Origin: Candidatus Rokuibacteriota bacterium
GTDB taxonomy: Bacteria; Methylomirabilota; Methylomirabilia; Rokubacteriales; CSP1-6
NCBI GenBank assembly: GCA_040902305.1
Contig: JBBDXN010000144.1
Span: 3,532-67,531 of the forward strand
Reading direction: 5' to 3'
Length of the DNA stretch: 64,000 nt
The notes beneath the pieces were generated by a model. That model saw nothing but the letters and a program-made list of their open reading frames with translations. It was not told where the DNA came from and did no database searches. The translations under genes were made by a program, and so were the position numbers. This document shows positions 35,264-43,772 of the stretch, in pieces. Each line of letters opens with the position of its first letter. Position 1 is the first letter of the stretch.

Positions 35264-36616
35264 ATGACCAAGGTCGTGATCGTCGGGGCGGGCAAGGGCG
35301 GGCGCGCCCTGCTCGAGATGTTCAGCGGCGATCCCACCGTCACGATCATCGGGGTCGCCGACGTGAATCCCTGGGCACCCGGGCTCGAGCTGGCCCGCCG
35401 CCTCAACGTCACGGTCAGCACCGACCTGGGCGAGCTGATCGCGGATCCCCGGGTCGACCTCATCATCGACGTGACCGGAAACGCGCAGGTGCAGGAGGCC
35501 ATCCAGCGGCTCAAGCCGGCCGGCGCCGAGGTGATGGGGGGCGCGAGCGCCAAGTTCATGTGGGATCTCCTGGCCGAGCGGAAGCGAACCGAGGAGCTGG
35601 AAGACCGCTACTCGCTGATGCTCCGTGAGCTGCAGGCCAAGGCGGAGGGCGACTTCATCATCGGGCAGAACCCGAAGATGCGCGAGCTGGCCGAGCAGAT
35701 CATCCGGGTGGCCCAGACCCCCACCACCGTGCTCATTCGCGGGGAATCCGGGACCGGCAAGGAGCTGGTGGCGCGGGCCATCCACCGCTATTCGAACCTG
35801 CGCGACAAGCCGCTCGTCACCGTCAACTGCACCGCGCTCACGCCCACTCTGATGGAGTCGGAGCTGTTCGGGCACAAGCGCGGGGCGTTCACCGGCGCGG
35901 TGGCCGACAAGGCGGGCCTCTTCGAGAAGGCGGACGGCGCGACCATTTTCCTCGACGAGATCGGGGACATGCCGCTCGAGATGCAGGGCAAGCTGCTGCG
36001 GGTGCTACAGGCGGGGGAGGTGAAGTCCGTCGGCGACGTCGTCACCCGCAAGGTGCGCGTGCGGGTGATCGCGGCCACCAACCGCGACCTCGAGAAGGCC
36101 CTCGCCGGATCCGAGTTTCGGGAAGACCTCTTCTACCGGTTCAACGCCTTCACGGTGCTCCTTCCGCCGCTGCGCGAGCGCAGCGAGGACATCCCGGTCC
36201 TGGCCTACCACTTCCTGCGCAAGGCGGAGGCCAAGGTGAACAAGAAGATGGATCGGTTCTCCCAGGACGCCCTCGACCTGCTGAAGCGCTATGCGTGGCC
36301 GGGCAATCTGCGAGAGCTGGAGAACATCATCGAGCGGGCGGTGGTGCTGTCCTCGAGCCAGCAGGTCGATGTTGCTCACCTGCCGCTCTATCTGCAGGAG
36401 TCGGGCCCGATCCGCGTCACCACCCAGGAAGGGTTCGTGCAGGCCAAGGCGCGGGTCGTGTCGATGTTCGAGAAGGAGGCCGTCGCTCGGTTCCTGTCGG
36501 AGGCCCGTGGCAATATCTCGGTCGCGGCTCAGAAGGCCGGAATCACCCGGAGAAACTTCCATCGCCTGCTCTCCAAGTACGCGGTCAACACGAAGAAATT
36601 CAAGAATGAGTCGTAG
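35264..36616 (+). CDS. Sigma-54-dependent transcriptional activator (bEBP) with a Rossmann-like N-terminal domain instead of a receiver domain
   Basis: AAA+ motifs GESGTGKE, GAFTGA, IFLDEIG. C-terminal HTH ISVAAQKAGITRRNFHRLLSKY. The N-terminal ~110 aa begin KVVIVGAGKGGRALLE (dinucleotide-binding-like). Confidence 0.9.
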   Translation: MTKVVIVGAGKGGRALLEMFSGDPTVTIIGVADVNPWAPGLELARRLNVTVSTDLGELIADPRVDLIIDVTGNAQVQEAIQRLKPAGAEVMGGASAKFMWDLLAERKRTEELEDRYSLMLRELQAKAEGDFIIGQNPKMRELAEQIIRVAQTPTTVLIRGESGTGKELVARAIHRYSNLRDKPLVTVNCTALTPTLMESELFGHKRGAFTGAVADKAGLFEKADGATIFLDEIGDMPLEMQGKLLRVLQAGEVKSVGDVVTRKVRVRVIAATNRDLEKALAGSEFREDLFYRFNAFTVLLPPLRERSEDIPVLAYHFLRKAEAKVNKKMDRFSQDALDLLKRYAWPGNLRELENIIERAVVLSSSQQVDVAHLPLYLQESGPIRVTTQEGFVQAKARVVSMFEKEAVARFLSEARGNISVAAQKAGITRRNFHRLLSKYAVNTKKFKNES

Positions 36617-36716
36617 ATAACTCATTGGTGGGTCGGATTAGACTCACTGGTTTCTGTACGGTAACTATGTAGGTTAGAATGGATTATCTCCAAGTGCGAA
36701 AGAGAATCCGGCTCCA

Positions 36717-36740
36717 GAGTGAGACAACGGTGTCTCATTC
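36717..36740. promoter_or_regulatory. Inverted repeat, candidate activator binding site (UAS)
   Basis: GAGTGAGACA-ACGG-TGTCTCATTC (core TGAGACA/TGTCTCA perfect) lies ~65-85 bp upstream of the candidate -24/-12 element. A related half-site AGACTCA is at 36641-47. Confidence 0.4.
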
Positions 36741-36800
36741 TCGATGTCGTCCGAGTGCACATAGCTAGCTGAATCAGGTAGTTCCAGCCGTTCTATCCCC

Positions 36801-36816
36801 TGGAACGCTTCTTGTC
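36801..36816 (+). promoter_or_regulatory. Candidate sigma-54 (-24/-12) promoter
   Basis: TGGAAC-GCTTC-TTGTC versus consensus TGGCAC-N5-TTGCW. GG and spacing are correct, but the -12 GC is GT. It lies 37 nt upstream of the ATG at 36853. Confidence 0.35.
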
Positions 36817-36852
36817 TCTTTCGTGAGCATCGCTTGCTCAAAGGAGGAGGCC

Positions 36853-37056
36853 ATGGGGGCCCACTGCCGTTGCGGAACCGCCGTCGAGTTTTCCTTCAAC
36901 CACCTGGGCTGTATCGCCTGCGGGGCCGCTTGCTGCCCCGCCTGCTCCTACCAGCTCGAGTCCACCAACTATTGCCCGGCCTGCGCGGAGGCGCTGCTGG
37001 ACCTGCCGTGGGCGAGGCTCGTCAGCTCCGTGCAGACCGCACCGGGCCTGGCCTGA
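36853..37056 (+). CDS. Cys-rich small protein (67 aa, 9 Cys; zinc-ribbon/B-box-like), hypothetical
   Basis: AAGGAGGAGG SD then ATG. MGAHCRCGTAVEFSFNHLGCIACGAACCPACSYQLESTNYCPACAEALL has CxC, CxxC, CCxxC and CxxC spacing. Confidence 0.6.
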   Translation: MGAHCRCGTAVEFSFNHLGCIACGAACCPACSYQLESTNYCPACAEALLDLPWARLVSSVQTAPGLA

Positions 37057-37090
37057 GCTGAACGAACCTCGATTTACAAGGAGGGTGAAC

Positions 37091-38062
37091 ATGGAATCCA
37101 AGGGAGCGACGTTCCGCCGGCTTCTCCGGGACGAGCCCTATCTCTTCACCGGCGGCATCTACTCGCCGCTCGACGCCCAGATCGCGGAGCAGGCCGGGAT
37201 GAAGTCCATCTACCTGAGCGGCTACTCGCTGGCCATGCTCAACGGCTGGCCCGACATGGGCTTTCTCACGATGACCGAGGTGACCAAGGCCGCCTCCATG
37301 GTGGCCAGCGCGGTCGACGTCCCGATCATCGCCGACGCCGACGATGGCTACGGCAACGCCCTCTCGACCATGCGCACGGTGCAGGAGTTCGTGAAGACCG
37401 GGGTGGCGGGTATCCATCTCGAGGATCAGCGCTTCCCGAAGCGCTGCGGCCACATCGCGGGGAAGACGATCGTGTCGCGGGAGGAGGCACTCGGCAAGTA
37501 CCGGTCCGCCCTCGTGGAGCGCGACCGGCTGGACCGCGACTTCGTGGTCATCGCCCGCACCGACGCCTACGGCGCGGTGGGCGGGAGCATGGAGGAGGCG
37601 ATCTGGCGCGGCCGGGCCTACGGCGACGCGGGGGTGGATCTCGTGTGGGCCGAGCTGTCGAATGCCGACCGCGGGCCCGCCATCGAGTTCGCGCGCGCCA
37701 TGAAGGAGACCCACCCGCATCTGCCGCTCGCCTTCAACTACTCCTCGTCGTTCCGCTGGCACCAGGACGCCAACCCGCTCACCTTCCGCGAGCTGGGCGA
37801 GCTCGGTTACCGCTTCATCTTCATCACGCTCTTCGGGGCCCACGCCGCGATGCACTCGGTGTGGAACTTCATGCAGGAGCTGGTGAAGAACGAGGAGCAG
37901 GCCCAGTGGACGCTCGAGCGCCTGAAGGCGGGGCATCCCACCGAGAGCCATCACGTGATGGCGCGGGTCTCGCACTTTCAGGAGCTGGAGCGCCGGTACA
38001 TTCCGGGCACCGAGAAGCGCCTGCAGGGCTCCGCGGGGTTCGGGGAGGACAAGGAGCACTGA
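37091..38062 (+). CDS. Isocitrate lyase/PEP mutase superfamily protein (short ICL-like)
   Basis: AAGGAGGG SD. Signature EDQRFPKRCGHIAGK (K[KR]CGH). IIADADDGYG. ICL-like C-terminal segment SHHVMARVSHFQELERRYIP. 323 aa from ATG 37091. Confidence 0.84.
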   Translation: MESKGATFRRLLRDEPYLFTGGIYSPLDAQIAEQAGMKSIYLSGYSLAMLNGWPDMGFLTMTEVTKAASMVASAVDVPIIADADDGYGNALSTMRTVQEFVKTGVAGIHLEDQRFPKRCGHIAGKTIVSREEALGKYRSALVERDRLDRDFVVIARTDAYGAVGGSMEEAIWRGRAYGDAGVDLVWAELSNADRGPAIEFARAMKETHPHLPLAFNYSSSFRWHQDANPLTFRELGELGYRFIFITLFGAHAAMHSVWNFMQELVKNEEQAQWTLERLKAGHPTESHHVMARVSHFQELERRYIPGTEKRLQGSAGFGEDKEH

Positions 38063-38072
38063 GACCTCAACC

Positions 38073-38109
38073 GCGGCGACCGGGGCCCCCGCCGAGTCCC
38101 GGCCGCCGC
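38073..38109. terminator. GC hairpin between convergent genes (weak terminator candidate)
   Basis: GCGGCGACCGGG / CCCGGCCGCCGC pairs 11 of 12 with a 13-nt loop. No U-tract. Confidence 0.3.
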
Positions 38110-38115
38110 AGGAGA

Positions 38116-38733
38116 TCAGGTCCCTTCGCGTCGGCGCACCGCCTGGGCGATGCGCACCGCGACCAGCGCGAGGACGCCGACCAGCACCACGACCAGCACG
38201 ATCCGCTCGACCTCGCCGACCGCGTAGCGCAGGCGCTCCACGTAAGCTCCGAAGCCGTAGCCCACCGCGTAGCCGGCGCCGACCATCACCGGCACGTAGA
38301 CCAGCGCGCCCGCCACGTTGGCGACGAGGAACGACGAGAGGCGCATCCCGAGCGCCCCCGCGAGCGGGCCCGCGGTGAATCGGACGCCGGGAACGAACCG
38401 GGCCACGAAGACCGCCACCGGTCCGCGCCGGCGCACGAACGCCTTCATGGTCTCGAGCCGCTCGGGGTGCCCGAGCACCCAGCGGGCGTAGCGCGGCAGC
38501 GCGGTCTGGCCGTAGCGCCGTCCGAGCCAGTAGCCGATATTGTCGCCGACGACCGCGCTGACGATGCCGACCGCCAGCACGAAGGAGAGACGGAGCTTGC
38601 CGCGCCAGACCAGGTAGCCGGCCAGGGCGAGGATGGTCTCCTCCGGCACGGGAAGGCCCACGTTGCCGAGCACCACCACCACGAAGATGGCGGCGTAGCC
38701 CCAGTGACCGACGAACTCTTGCAGGTCGCTCAC
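38116..38733 (-). CDS. DedA family membrane protein
   Basis: Motifs GYAAIFVVVVLGNVGLPVPEETILALAGYL and FVARFVPGVRFTAGPLAGA. 205 aa. Confidence 0.9.
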   Translation of the reverse strand: MSDLQEFVGHWGYAAIFVVVVLGNVGLPVPEETILALAGYLVWRGKLRLSFVLAVGIVSAVVGDNIGYWLGRRYGQTALPRYARWVLGHPERLETMKAFVRRRGPVAVFVARFVPGVRFTAGPLAGALGMRLSSFLVANVAGALVYVPVMVGAGYAVGYGFGAYVERLRYAVGEVERIVLVVVLVGVLALVAVRIAQAVRRREGT

Positions 38734-38885
38734 GAAGCCTCGAAGACGTAGCGGATGCGCTGGACGAGCATGGTCCGGAAGTTCATGAACGGGCCGCTCT
38801 CGCCTTCAGCATCGCACTCGTTCCGACGGATCGAGGCCGAATTTGATACGGCGGGACGGCCGCTCCCCCGGGGTGACGCGAATGC

Positions 38886-38915
38886 TTGACACCCAGGCGC
38901 CCCCGCCTCTAGCGT
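38886..38915 (+). promoter_or_regulatory. Candidate sigma-70 promoter of the tandem permease genes
   Basis: TTGACA (38886-91), 18-nt spacer, TAGCGT (38910-15). This leaves only a ~20-nt leader. Confidence 0.3.
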
Positions 38916-38937
38916 AGGTGGCTCAGAGAAGCTCGAG

Positions 38938-40755
38938 ATGAATATCAGCGCCGTCAAGAAGCTGTTCGTGGGATCACCGCTCGCAACGGCGCAGGCCCGA
39001 CACGAGCGGCTCTCGAAGACGTCCGCGCTCGCGGTGTTCTCCTCCGACGCGCTCTCCTCGGTGGCCTACGCGAGCGAGGAGATCCTGCTCGTCCTGGTGC
39101 TGGCGGGCGCCGCCGCGCTCGCCTATTCGATCCCCATCGGCATCGCGATCGTGATCCTCATCGCGGTGGTGGTGAGCTCGTACCGGCAGACCATCCTGGC
39201 CTATCCCCAGGGCGGCGGCGCCTACATCGTCACCAAGGACAACCTGGGCACGCTGGCCGGGCTCGTCTCGGCGGGGGCGCTGCTCATCGACTACGTGCTG
39301 ACGGTGGCGGTGAGCGTCGCGGCGGGCGTGGCCGCCATCACCTCCGCCTTTCCCGCGCTGTACGACTACCGCATCCCGCTCGGCGTGCTGTTCGTCGCGG
39401 GCATCGCCACCATGAACCTGCGCGGCCTGCGGGAGTCGAGCAATCTGTTCGCGGTGCCCACGTACCTCTTCGTGGTGAGCTTCGCGGGCATGCTCGCCTA
39501 CGGGTTCTTCCGCTGGGCCGCCGGGTGGGAGACCCCGCCGCCCCCCGCCGCCACCGTCGCCATGACCCAGGACCTGACCGTCTTCCTCGTGCTCCGCGCG
39601 TTCTCCTCCGGCTGCACCGCGCTGACCGGGGTCGAGGCGGTGTCCGACGGCGTGCCCGCCTTCCGGAGTCCGGAGGCGCACAACGCGCGGGTGGTCCTCG
39701 CCTGGCTCGGGGTCATCCTGATCGCGCTGTTCATGGGCGTCACGTTCCTGGCCCATCACTTCCACGTGATGCCGCGCGCGGAGGAGACGGTGGTCTCGCA
39801 GCTCGCCCGCCTCATCTTCGGCGGCGGGCTGCTCTACTACGAGATCCAGGTCGTCACCATGCTCATCCTCGTCTTCGCGGCCAACACCGCCTTCGCGGAT
39901 TTCCCGCGGCTGGCCTACTTCCTGGCCCGCGACGGCTTCATTCCTCGCCAGTTCGCCACCCGGGGTGACCGCCTCGTGTTCTCCAACGGGATCCTGATCC
40001 TGGGCGGCCTCGCCGCGCTGCTCATCGTGCTCTTCGGGGGCGCCACCCACGCCTTGATCCCTCTCTACGCGGTGGGTGTCTTCCTCTCCTTCACGCTCTC
40101 GCAGGCCAGCATGGTGCGGCGCTGGCTCTCACGGCGAGAGCCGGGCTGGCGCTGGCGCTGGGTCCTCAACGCGGCGGGCGCCGCCACCACCGGCCTCGTG
40201 ATGCTGGTGATCGCGGTCACCAAGTTCAGTCACGGGGCCTGGATGGTCGTGCTGCTGATCCCCCTGCTCGTGATGCTCTTCCTGATGATCCATCGCCACT
40301 ACGCCGACGTGGCCGGCCAGCTCTCGCTCGATGCCTACGGCGGCCCGCCTCCCATCGATCACACGGTGCTGGTGCTGGTGGGCGATCTTCACCGCGGCGT
40401 CGCGGCCGCGCTTCGCTACGCGCAGAGCCTGTCCGCCTCCGTGAAGGCGGTCTACGTGGAGCTGGATCCGGAGCGGACGCAGAAGCTCGAGGAGAAGTGG
40501 GGCAGGTGGGGGCTCGGCATTCCCCTGGTGGTGCTGAGCTCGCCGTACCGCTCGCTGCTCACCCCGTTCCTCGACTACGTCGACCACCTGCTGGCCCTCG
40601 GCGAGCGCCAGGTGGTCACGATCGTGATCCCCGAGTTCGTGCCGGCCCGCTGGTGGCAGCATCTCCTGCACAACCAGACCGCCCTGCTCATCAAGGGGGC
40701 GCTGCTGTTCCGCAAGGGCGTCGTGGTCGTGGACGTCCCCTTCCATCTTCGATGA
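38938..40755 (+). CDS. APC-superfamily permease with cytoplasmic C-terminal domain, KimA (YdaO)-like putative K+/H+ symporter, copy 1
   Basis: 605 aa. Motifs: KKLFVGSPLATAQARHERLSKTSALAVFSSDALSSVAYASEEIL, YPQGGGAYIVTKDNLG, FSSGCTALTGVEAVSDGVPAF, and C-terminal VVTIVIPEFVPARWWQHLLHNQTAL. Similarity to KimA is from memory of the family, not from a search. Confidence 0.8.
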   Translation: MNISAVKKLFVGSPLATAQARHERLSKTSALAVFSSDALSSVAYASEEILLVLVLAGAAALAYSIPIGIAIVILIAVVVSSYRQTILAYPQGGGAYIVTKDNLGTLAGLVSAGALLIDYVLTVAVSVAAGVAAITSAFPALYDYRIPLGVLFVAGIATMNLRGLRESSNLFAVPTYLFVVSFAGMLAYGFFRWAAGWETPPPPAATVAMTQDLTVFLVLRAFSSGCTALTGVEAVSDGVPAFRSPEAHNARVVLAWLGVILIALFMGVTFLAHHFHVMPRAEETVVSQLARLIFGGGLLYYEIQVVTMLILVFAANTAFADFPRLAYFLARDGFIPRQFATRGDRLVFSNGILILGGLAALLIVLFGGATHALIPLYAVGVFLSFTLSQASMVRRWLSRREPGWRWRWVLNAAGAATTGLVMLVIAVTKFSHGAWMVVLLIPLLVMLFLMIHRHYADVAGQLSLDAYGGPPPIDHTVLVLVGDLHRGVAAALRYAQSLSASVKAVYVELDPERTQKLEEKWGRWGLGIPLVVLSSPYRSLLTPFLDYVDHLLALGERQVVTIVIPEFVPARWWQHLLHNQTALLIKGALLFRKGVVVVDVPFHLR

Positions 40756-42575
40756 AGCTCTCCAAGCTCAAACGATGGTTCGTGGGCACGCCGATCGCGA
40801 CGGCCCAGGCTCACCACGAGCGGCTCGGCCCGGTCACCGGTCTCGCCGTCTTCGCCTCCGACAACCTCTCCTCGGTCGCCTACGCGACCGAGGAGATCTT
40901 GCGGGTGCTCCTCCTCGCCGGGGTGGGGGCCCTCGCGTTCTCCACCCCCATCGGCCTTTGCATCGCCGCGGTCATCTGCATCGTGATCCTCTCGTATCGC
41001 CAGAACATCGCGGAGTACCCGCTGGGAGCCAGCGACTACATCGTGTCCAAGGACAACCTGGGGGTGTTCCCGGGTCTCACCGCGGGCGCCGCGCTGCTCA
41101 TCGACTACACGCTCACGGTGGCGGTGAGCGTGTCCGCGGGCGTGGCCGCGCTGACCTCCGCGTTTCCCCTCCTGTACCCGCACCGGGTCGTGCTCGGTAT
41201 CGGGCTGGTCGTGCTGGTCGCGGTGGCCAACCTGCGCGGCCTCCGGGAGTCCGGGCGGATGTTCGCGGTCTGGAGCTACCTGTTCATCGGCGGCTACTTC
41301 CTGTTGATGCTGTACGGTTTCGCGGGCTTCGCCATCTGGGGCCCGCCGTCCGTCGAGAGCGCGGCGCCGCCCCCGCCGCCCCTGACCGAGATCGGCGTGT
41401 TCTTGCTCCTGCGCGCCTTCGCCTCCGGCGCGGTCGCCCTCACCGGGATCGAGGCGGTCTCGGACGGCACCCCCGCCTTCAAGCCCCCGCAGGTTCGCAA
41501 CGCCCAGACCGTGCTCGTCGTCCTCGGGCTGATCATGGTCACCCTGTTCCTGGGCATCACGATGCTGGCCGCCGGCCATCAGATCGTGCCGCGCGACGAG
41601 GAGACCGTGGTCTCGCAGCTCGCCCGCCAGGTGTTCGGAGGCGGCCTCCTCTACTACTTCATCCAGGGCGTCTCGATGGTCATCCTGGTGCTGGCCGCCA
41701 ACACCGCGTTCGCCGACTTCCCGCGGCTGGCCTCCTTCATGGCGCGCGACGCGTATCTGCCCCGCCAGTTCGCCAGCCGGGGCGACCGGCTCGTCTTCTC
41801 CAACGGGGTCATCATCCTCGGAGTCGCCGCCTCCGCGCTGATCGCGCTGTTCGACGGGAGCACGCACTCCCTGATCCCGCTCTACGCCCTCGGCGTGTTC
41901 ACGTCGTTCACCCTGTCGCAGGTCGGCATGGTGCGCCGCTGGTTCACGCGGCGGCCCGCGGGATGGCGGCCGAAGGCGGTCATCAGCGGCCTCGGCGCGG
42001 CCACCACCGGGCTGGTGATGGTGGTCACCGCGCTCGCCAAGTTCGCGGACGGGGCGTGGATCGTGGTCGTGGTCGGCGGCGCCCTGATCGTGGGCTTCGT
42101 GAGCATCAACCGCCACTACCGTGAGGTGGCGGGGCAGCTCTCCCTGGAGGATTTCGCGGGGCCGCCCCCGATGCAGCACACCGTGCTGGTCCTGGTCGGC
42201 GACCTGCACAAGGGGGTCGTGCAGGCGCTGCAGTACGCCCGGACCCTCTCGCCCTCGGCCAAGGCGGTGTACGTGGAGATGGATCCGGAGAAGACCCGAC
42301 GGCTCGAGGAGAAGTGGGGCAAGTGGGGCTTCGGCGTGCCGCTGGTGGTGCTGACATCACCCTATCGGCTGCTGCTGACCCCGCTGCTCGAGTACGTGGA
42401 CCACCTCCTGGCCCTCGGCGAGAACCACATGGTGACCATCGTCATCCCCGAGTTCATCCCGGCCAAATGGTGGCAGCAGCTCCTTCACAACCAGACCGCG
42501 CTGCTCATCAAGGGCGCGCTGCTCTTCCGGCGGAACGTGGTTGTGACGGATGTGCCGTACCACCTGAGGCGGTAG
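40752..42575 (+). CDS. APC-superfamily permease, KimA-like, copy 2 (diverged paralog)
   Basis: The ATG at 40752 overlaps the copy-1 stop (ATGA). It is colinear with copy 1 throughout but has YPLGASDYIVSKDNLG and FASGAVALTGIEAVSDGTPAF. 607 aa. Confidence 0.8.
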   Translation: MKLSKLKRWFVGTPIATAQAHHERLGPVTGLAVFASDNLSSVAYATEEILRVLLLAGVGALAFSTPIGLCIAAVICIVILSYRQNIAEYPLGASDYIVSKDNLGVFPGLTAGAALLIDYTLTVAVSVSAGVAALTSAFPLLYPHRVVLGIGLVVLVAVANLRGLRESGRMFAVWSYLFIGGYFLLMLYGFAGFAIWGPPSVESAAPPPPPLTEIGVFLLLRAFASGAVALTGIEAVSDGTPAFKPPQVRNAQTVLVVLGLIMVTLFLGITMLAAGHQIVPRDEETVVSQLARQVFGGGLLYYFIQGVSMVILVLAANTAFADFPRLASFMARDAYLPRQFASRGDRLVFSNGVIILGVAASALIALFDGSTHSLIPLYALGVFTSFTLSQVGMVRRWFTRRPAGWRPKAVISGLGAATTGLVMVVTALAKFADGAWIVVVVGGALIVGFVSINRHYREVAGQLSLEDFAGPPPMQHTVLVLVGDLHKGVVQALQYARTLSPSAKAVYVEMDPEKTRRLEEKWGKWGFGVPLVVLTSPYRLLLTPLLEYVDHLLALGENHMVTIVIPEFIPAKWWQQLLHNQTALLIKGALLFRRNVVVTDVPYHLRR

Positions 42576-42612
42576 GGCGGACAGACGGGCGCCTTCAGCT
42601 GCCAGGGCCCAG

Positions 42613-42680
42613 GAGTGTCCGCGGATTGGGGGAGTGCGGGGGCCATTTCTGGGCCCCCGCAGATGAAAGAGCCTGAAGAA
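42613..42680 (+). repeat. R1 dispersed GC-rich hairpin repeat, copy B
   Basis: GAGTGTCCGCGGATTGGGGGAGTGCGGGGGCCATTTCTGGGCCCCCGCAGATGAAAGAGCCTGAAGAA. Core stem GCGGGGGCC/GGCCCCCGC at 42636-42660. Confidence 0.8.
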
Positions 42681-42728
42681 GTAGACGGGCTTGCCCACGG
42701 CGGCAAGGCGAGTATTCTTGGGGCCCAC

Positions 42729-43700
42729 ATGAGCTCGACTCGGGCGCTGCAGGCACCGGTCGTCACGATCAGAACGGCGACGCCGGCCGATCATGATGCG
42801 CTGCAGGCGCTGGACGGCTCCGCCCCGGACGCGGGCGCCAGCCTGATCCAGGTCCGCCGGAACTTTTTCTCCCGTATGGCCGCCTACGACCGCACCCGGG
42901 TCCTGGTGGCCGAGCAGCAGCACCGTGTCGTGGGGGTCCTCTGTCTGGCCCTGACGCCGGTGCGGGTGGCGGGCCGCCCGTGCTCGGCCGGCTACATGTT
43001 CAATATCCGCGTCGAGCCGGGCCAGCAGACGCGGGGCGTGGGTACGCAACTGATGAAGGCGGGGTCCGACTGGCTCGAGAGCGAGGGTTGCCGCTACGCC
43101 ACCGGGTTGATCGGGGTCTCCAACGACGCGTCCATGAAGATGGTCGGGGCGCTGGGCTGGGAGCCGGTGGCGCGCTTCGACTATCTCATCCTGGACCTGG
43201 CCCGGTTCGAGCCCGACCCCGCCGTGAAGATCCGGAAGGTGGACGCGCTCGGCGATCCGGCCCATGCCGCGTGGCGCTTTGGTGAGGTGTCGCTGCACCA
43301 CTTCGTGCCGCGCTACCTCGTCTCCGAGCTCTTTCAGCCGCATCCGAAGGGGCCCTACATGGGCAGCCTGACCGCGTTCGGCCCCTCGGGCAGCGCCTGG
43401 GTCTCGCTCTGGGATGACCGGGTCCGGCGCGGCTTGGACCCCGAGCAGGTCCGGGCGGTGAAGGCCTATGACGTGACCCTCAAGGGGGAGGGAGGCTTCC
43501 GGGCGTTCTCGGCCATCGCCGCCACCCTTCGAGAGGCCGGGCTCGACCACGTGCTCATGCCCCTGCCTCACGCCGCCGCGGCGCGGGCGGTGCTCGAGCC
43601 GTACGCGGGCGAGATCGTGGAGTTCAACTTCGTGATCAAGCGCCTGAACGGCGCGGGCCCGCTTCCCGCGGGCCCGCTCTACTTCGATATCCGGCACTGA
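42729..43700 (+). CDS. GNAT-family N-acetyltransferase with an uncharacterised C-terminal domain
   Basis: N-terminal ~160 aa carry a GNAT-like core (VGVLCLAL...FNIRVEPGQQTRGVGTQLMKAG). ATG at 42729 is preferred. The track start at 42615 would add the R1 repeat as an N-terminal extension. Confidence 0.72.
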   Translation: MSSTRALQAPVVTIRTATPADHDALQALDGSAPDAGASLIQVRRNFFSRMAAYDRTRVLVAEQQHRVVGVLCLALTPVRVAGRPCSAGYMFNIRVEPGQQTRGVGTQLMKAGSDWLESEGCRYATGLIGVSNDASMKMVGALGWEPVARFDYLILDLARFEPDPAVKIRKVDALGDPAHAAWRFGEVSLHHFVPRYLVSELFQPHPKGPYMGSLTAFGPSGSAWVSLWDDRVRRGLDPEQVRAVKAYDVTLKGEGGFRAFSAIAATLREAGLDHVLMPLPHAAAARAVLEPYAGEIVEFNFVIKRLNGAGPLPAGPLYFDIRH

Positions 43701-43772
43701 GCCCCCGGGGCCCGGTGCCGCGGGCCGCCGCGTTCCGCTCACCGGATCCGTCTGGTACACTTGGGCGCCGTC

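Noticed and set aside
38734-38937. c-di-AMP (ydaO/kimA-type) riboswitch upstream of the KimA-like genes.
   Set aside because: Only a loose GGGGTGA resemblance is present. The conserved CAGCTAACCTCG-type segment is absent. The best promoter candidate leaves a ~20-nt leader, which is too short for the riboswitch.
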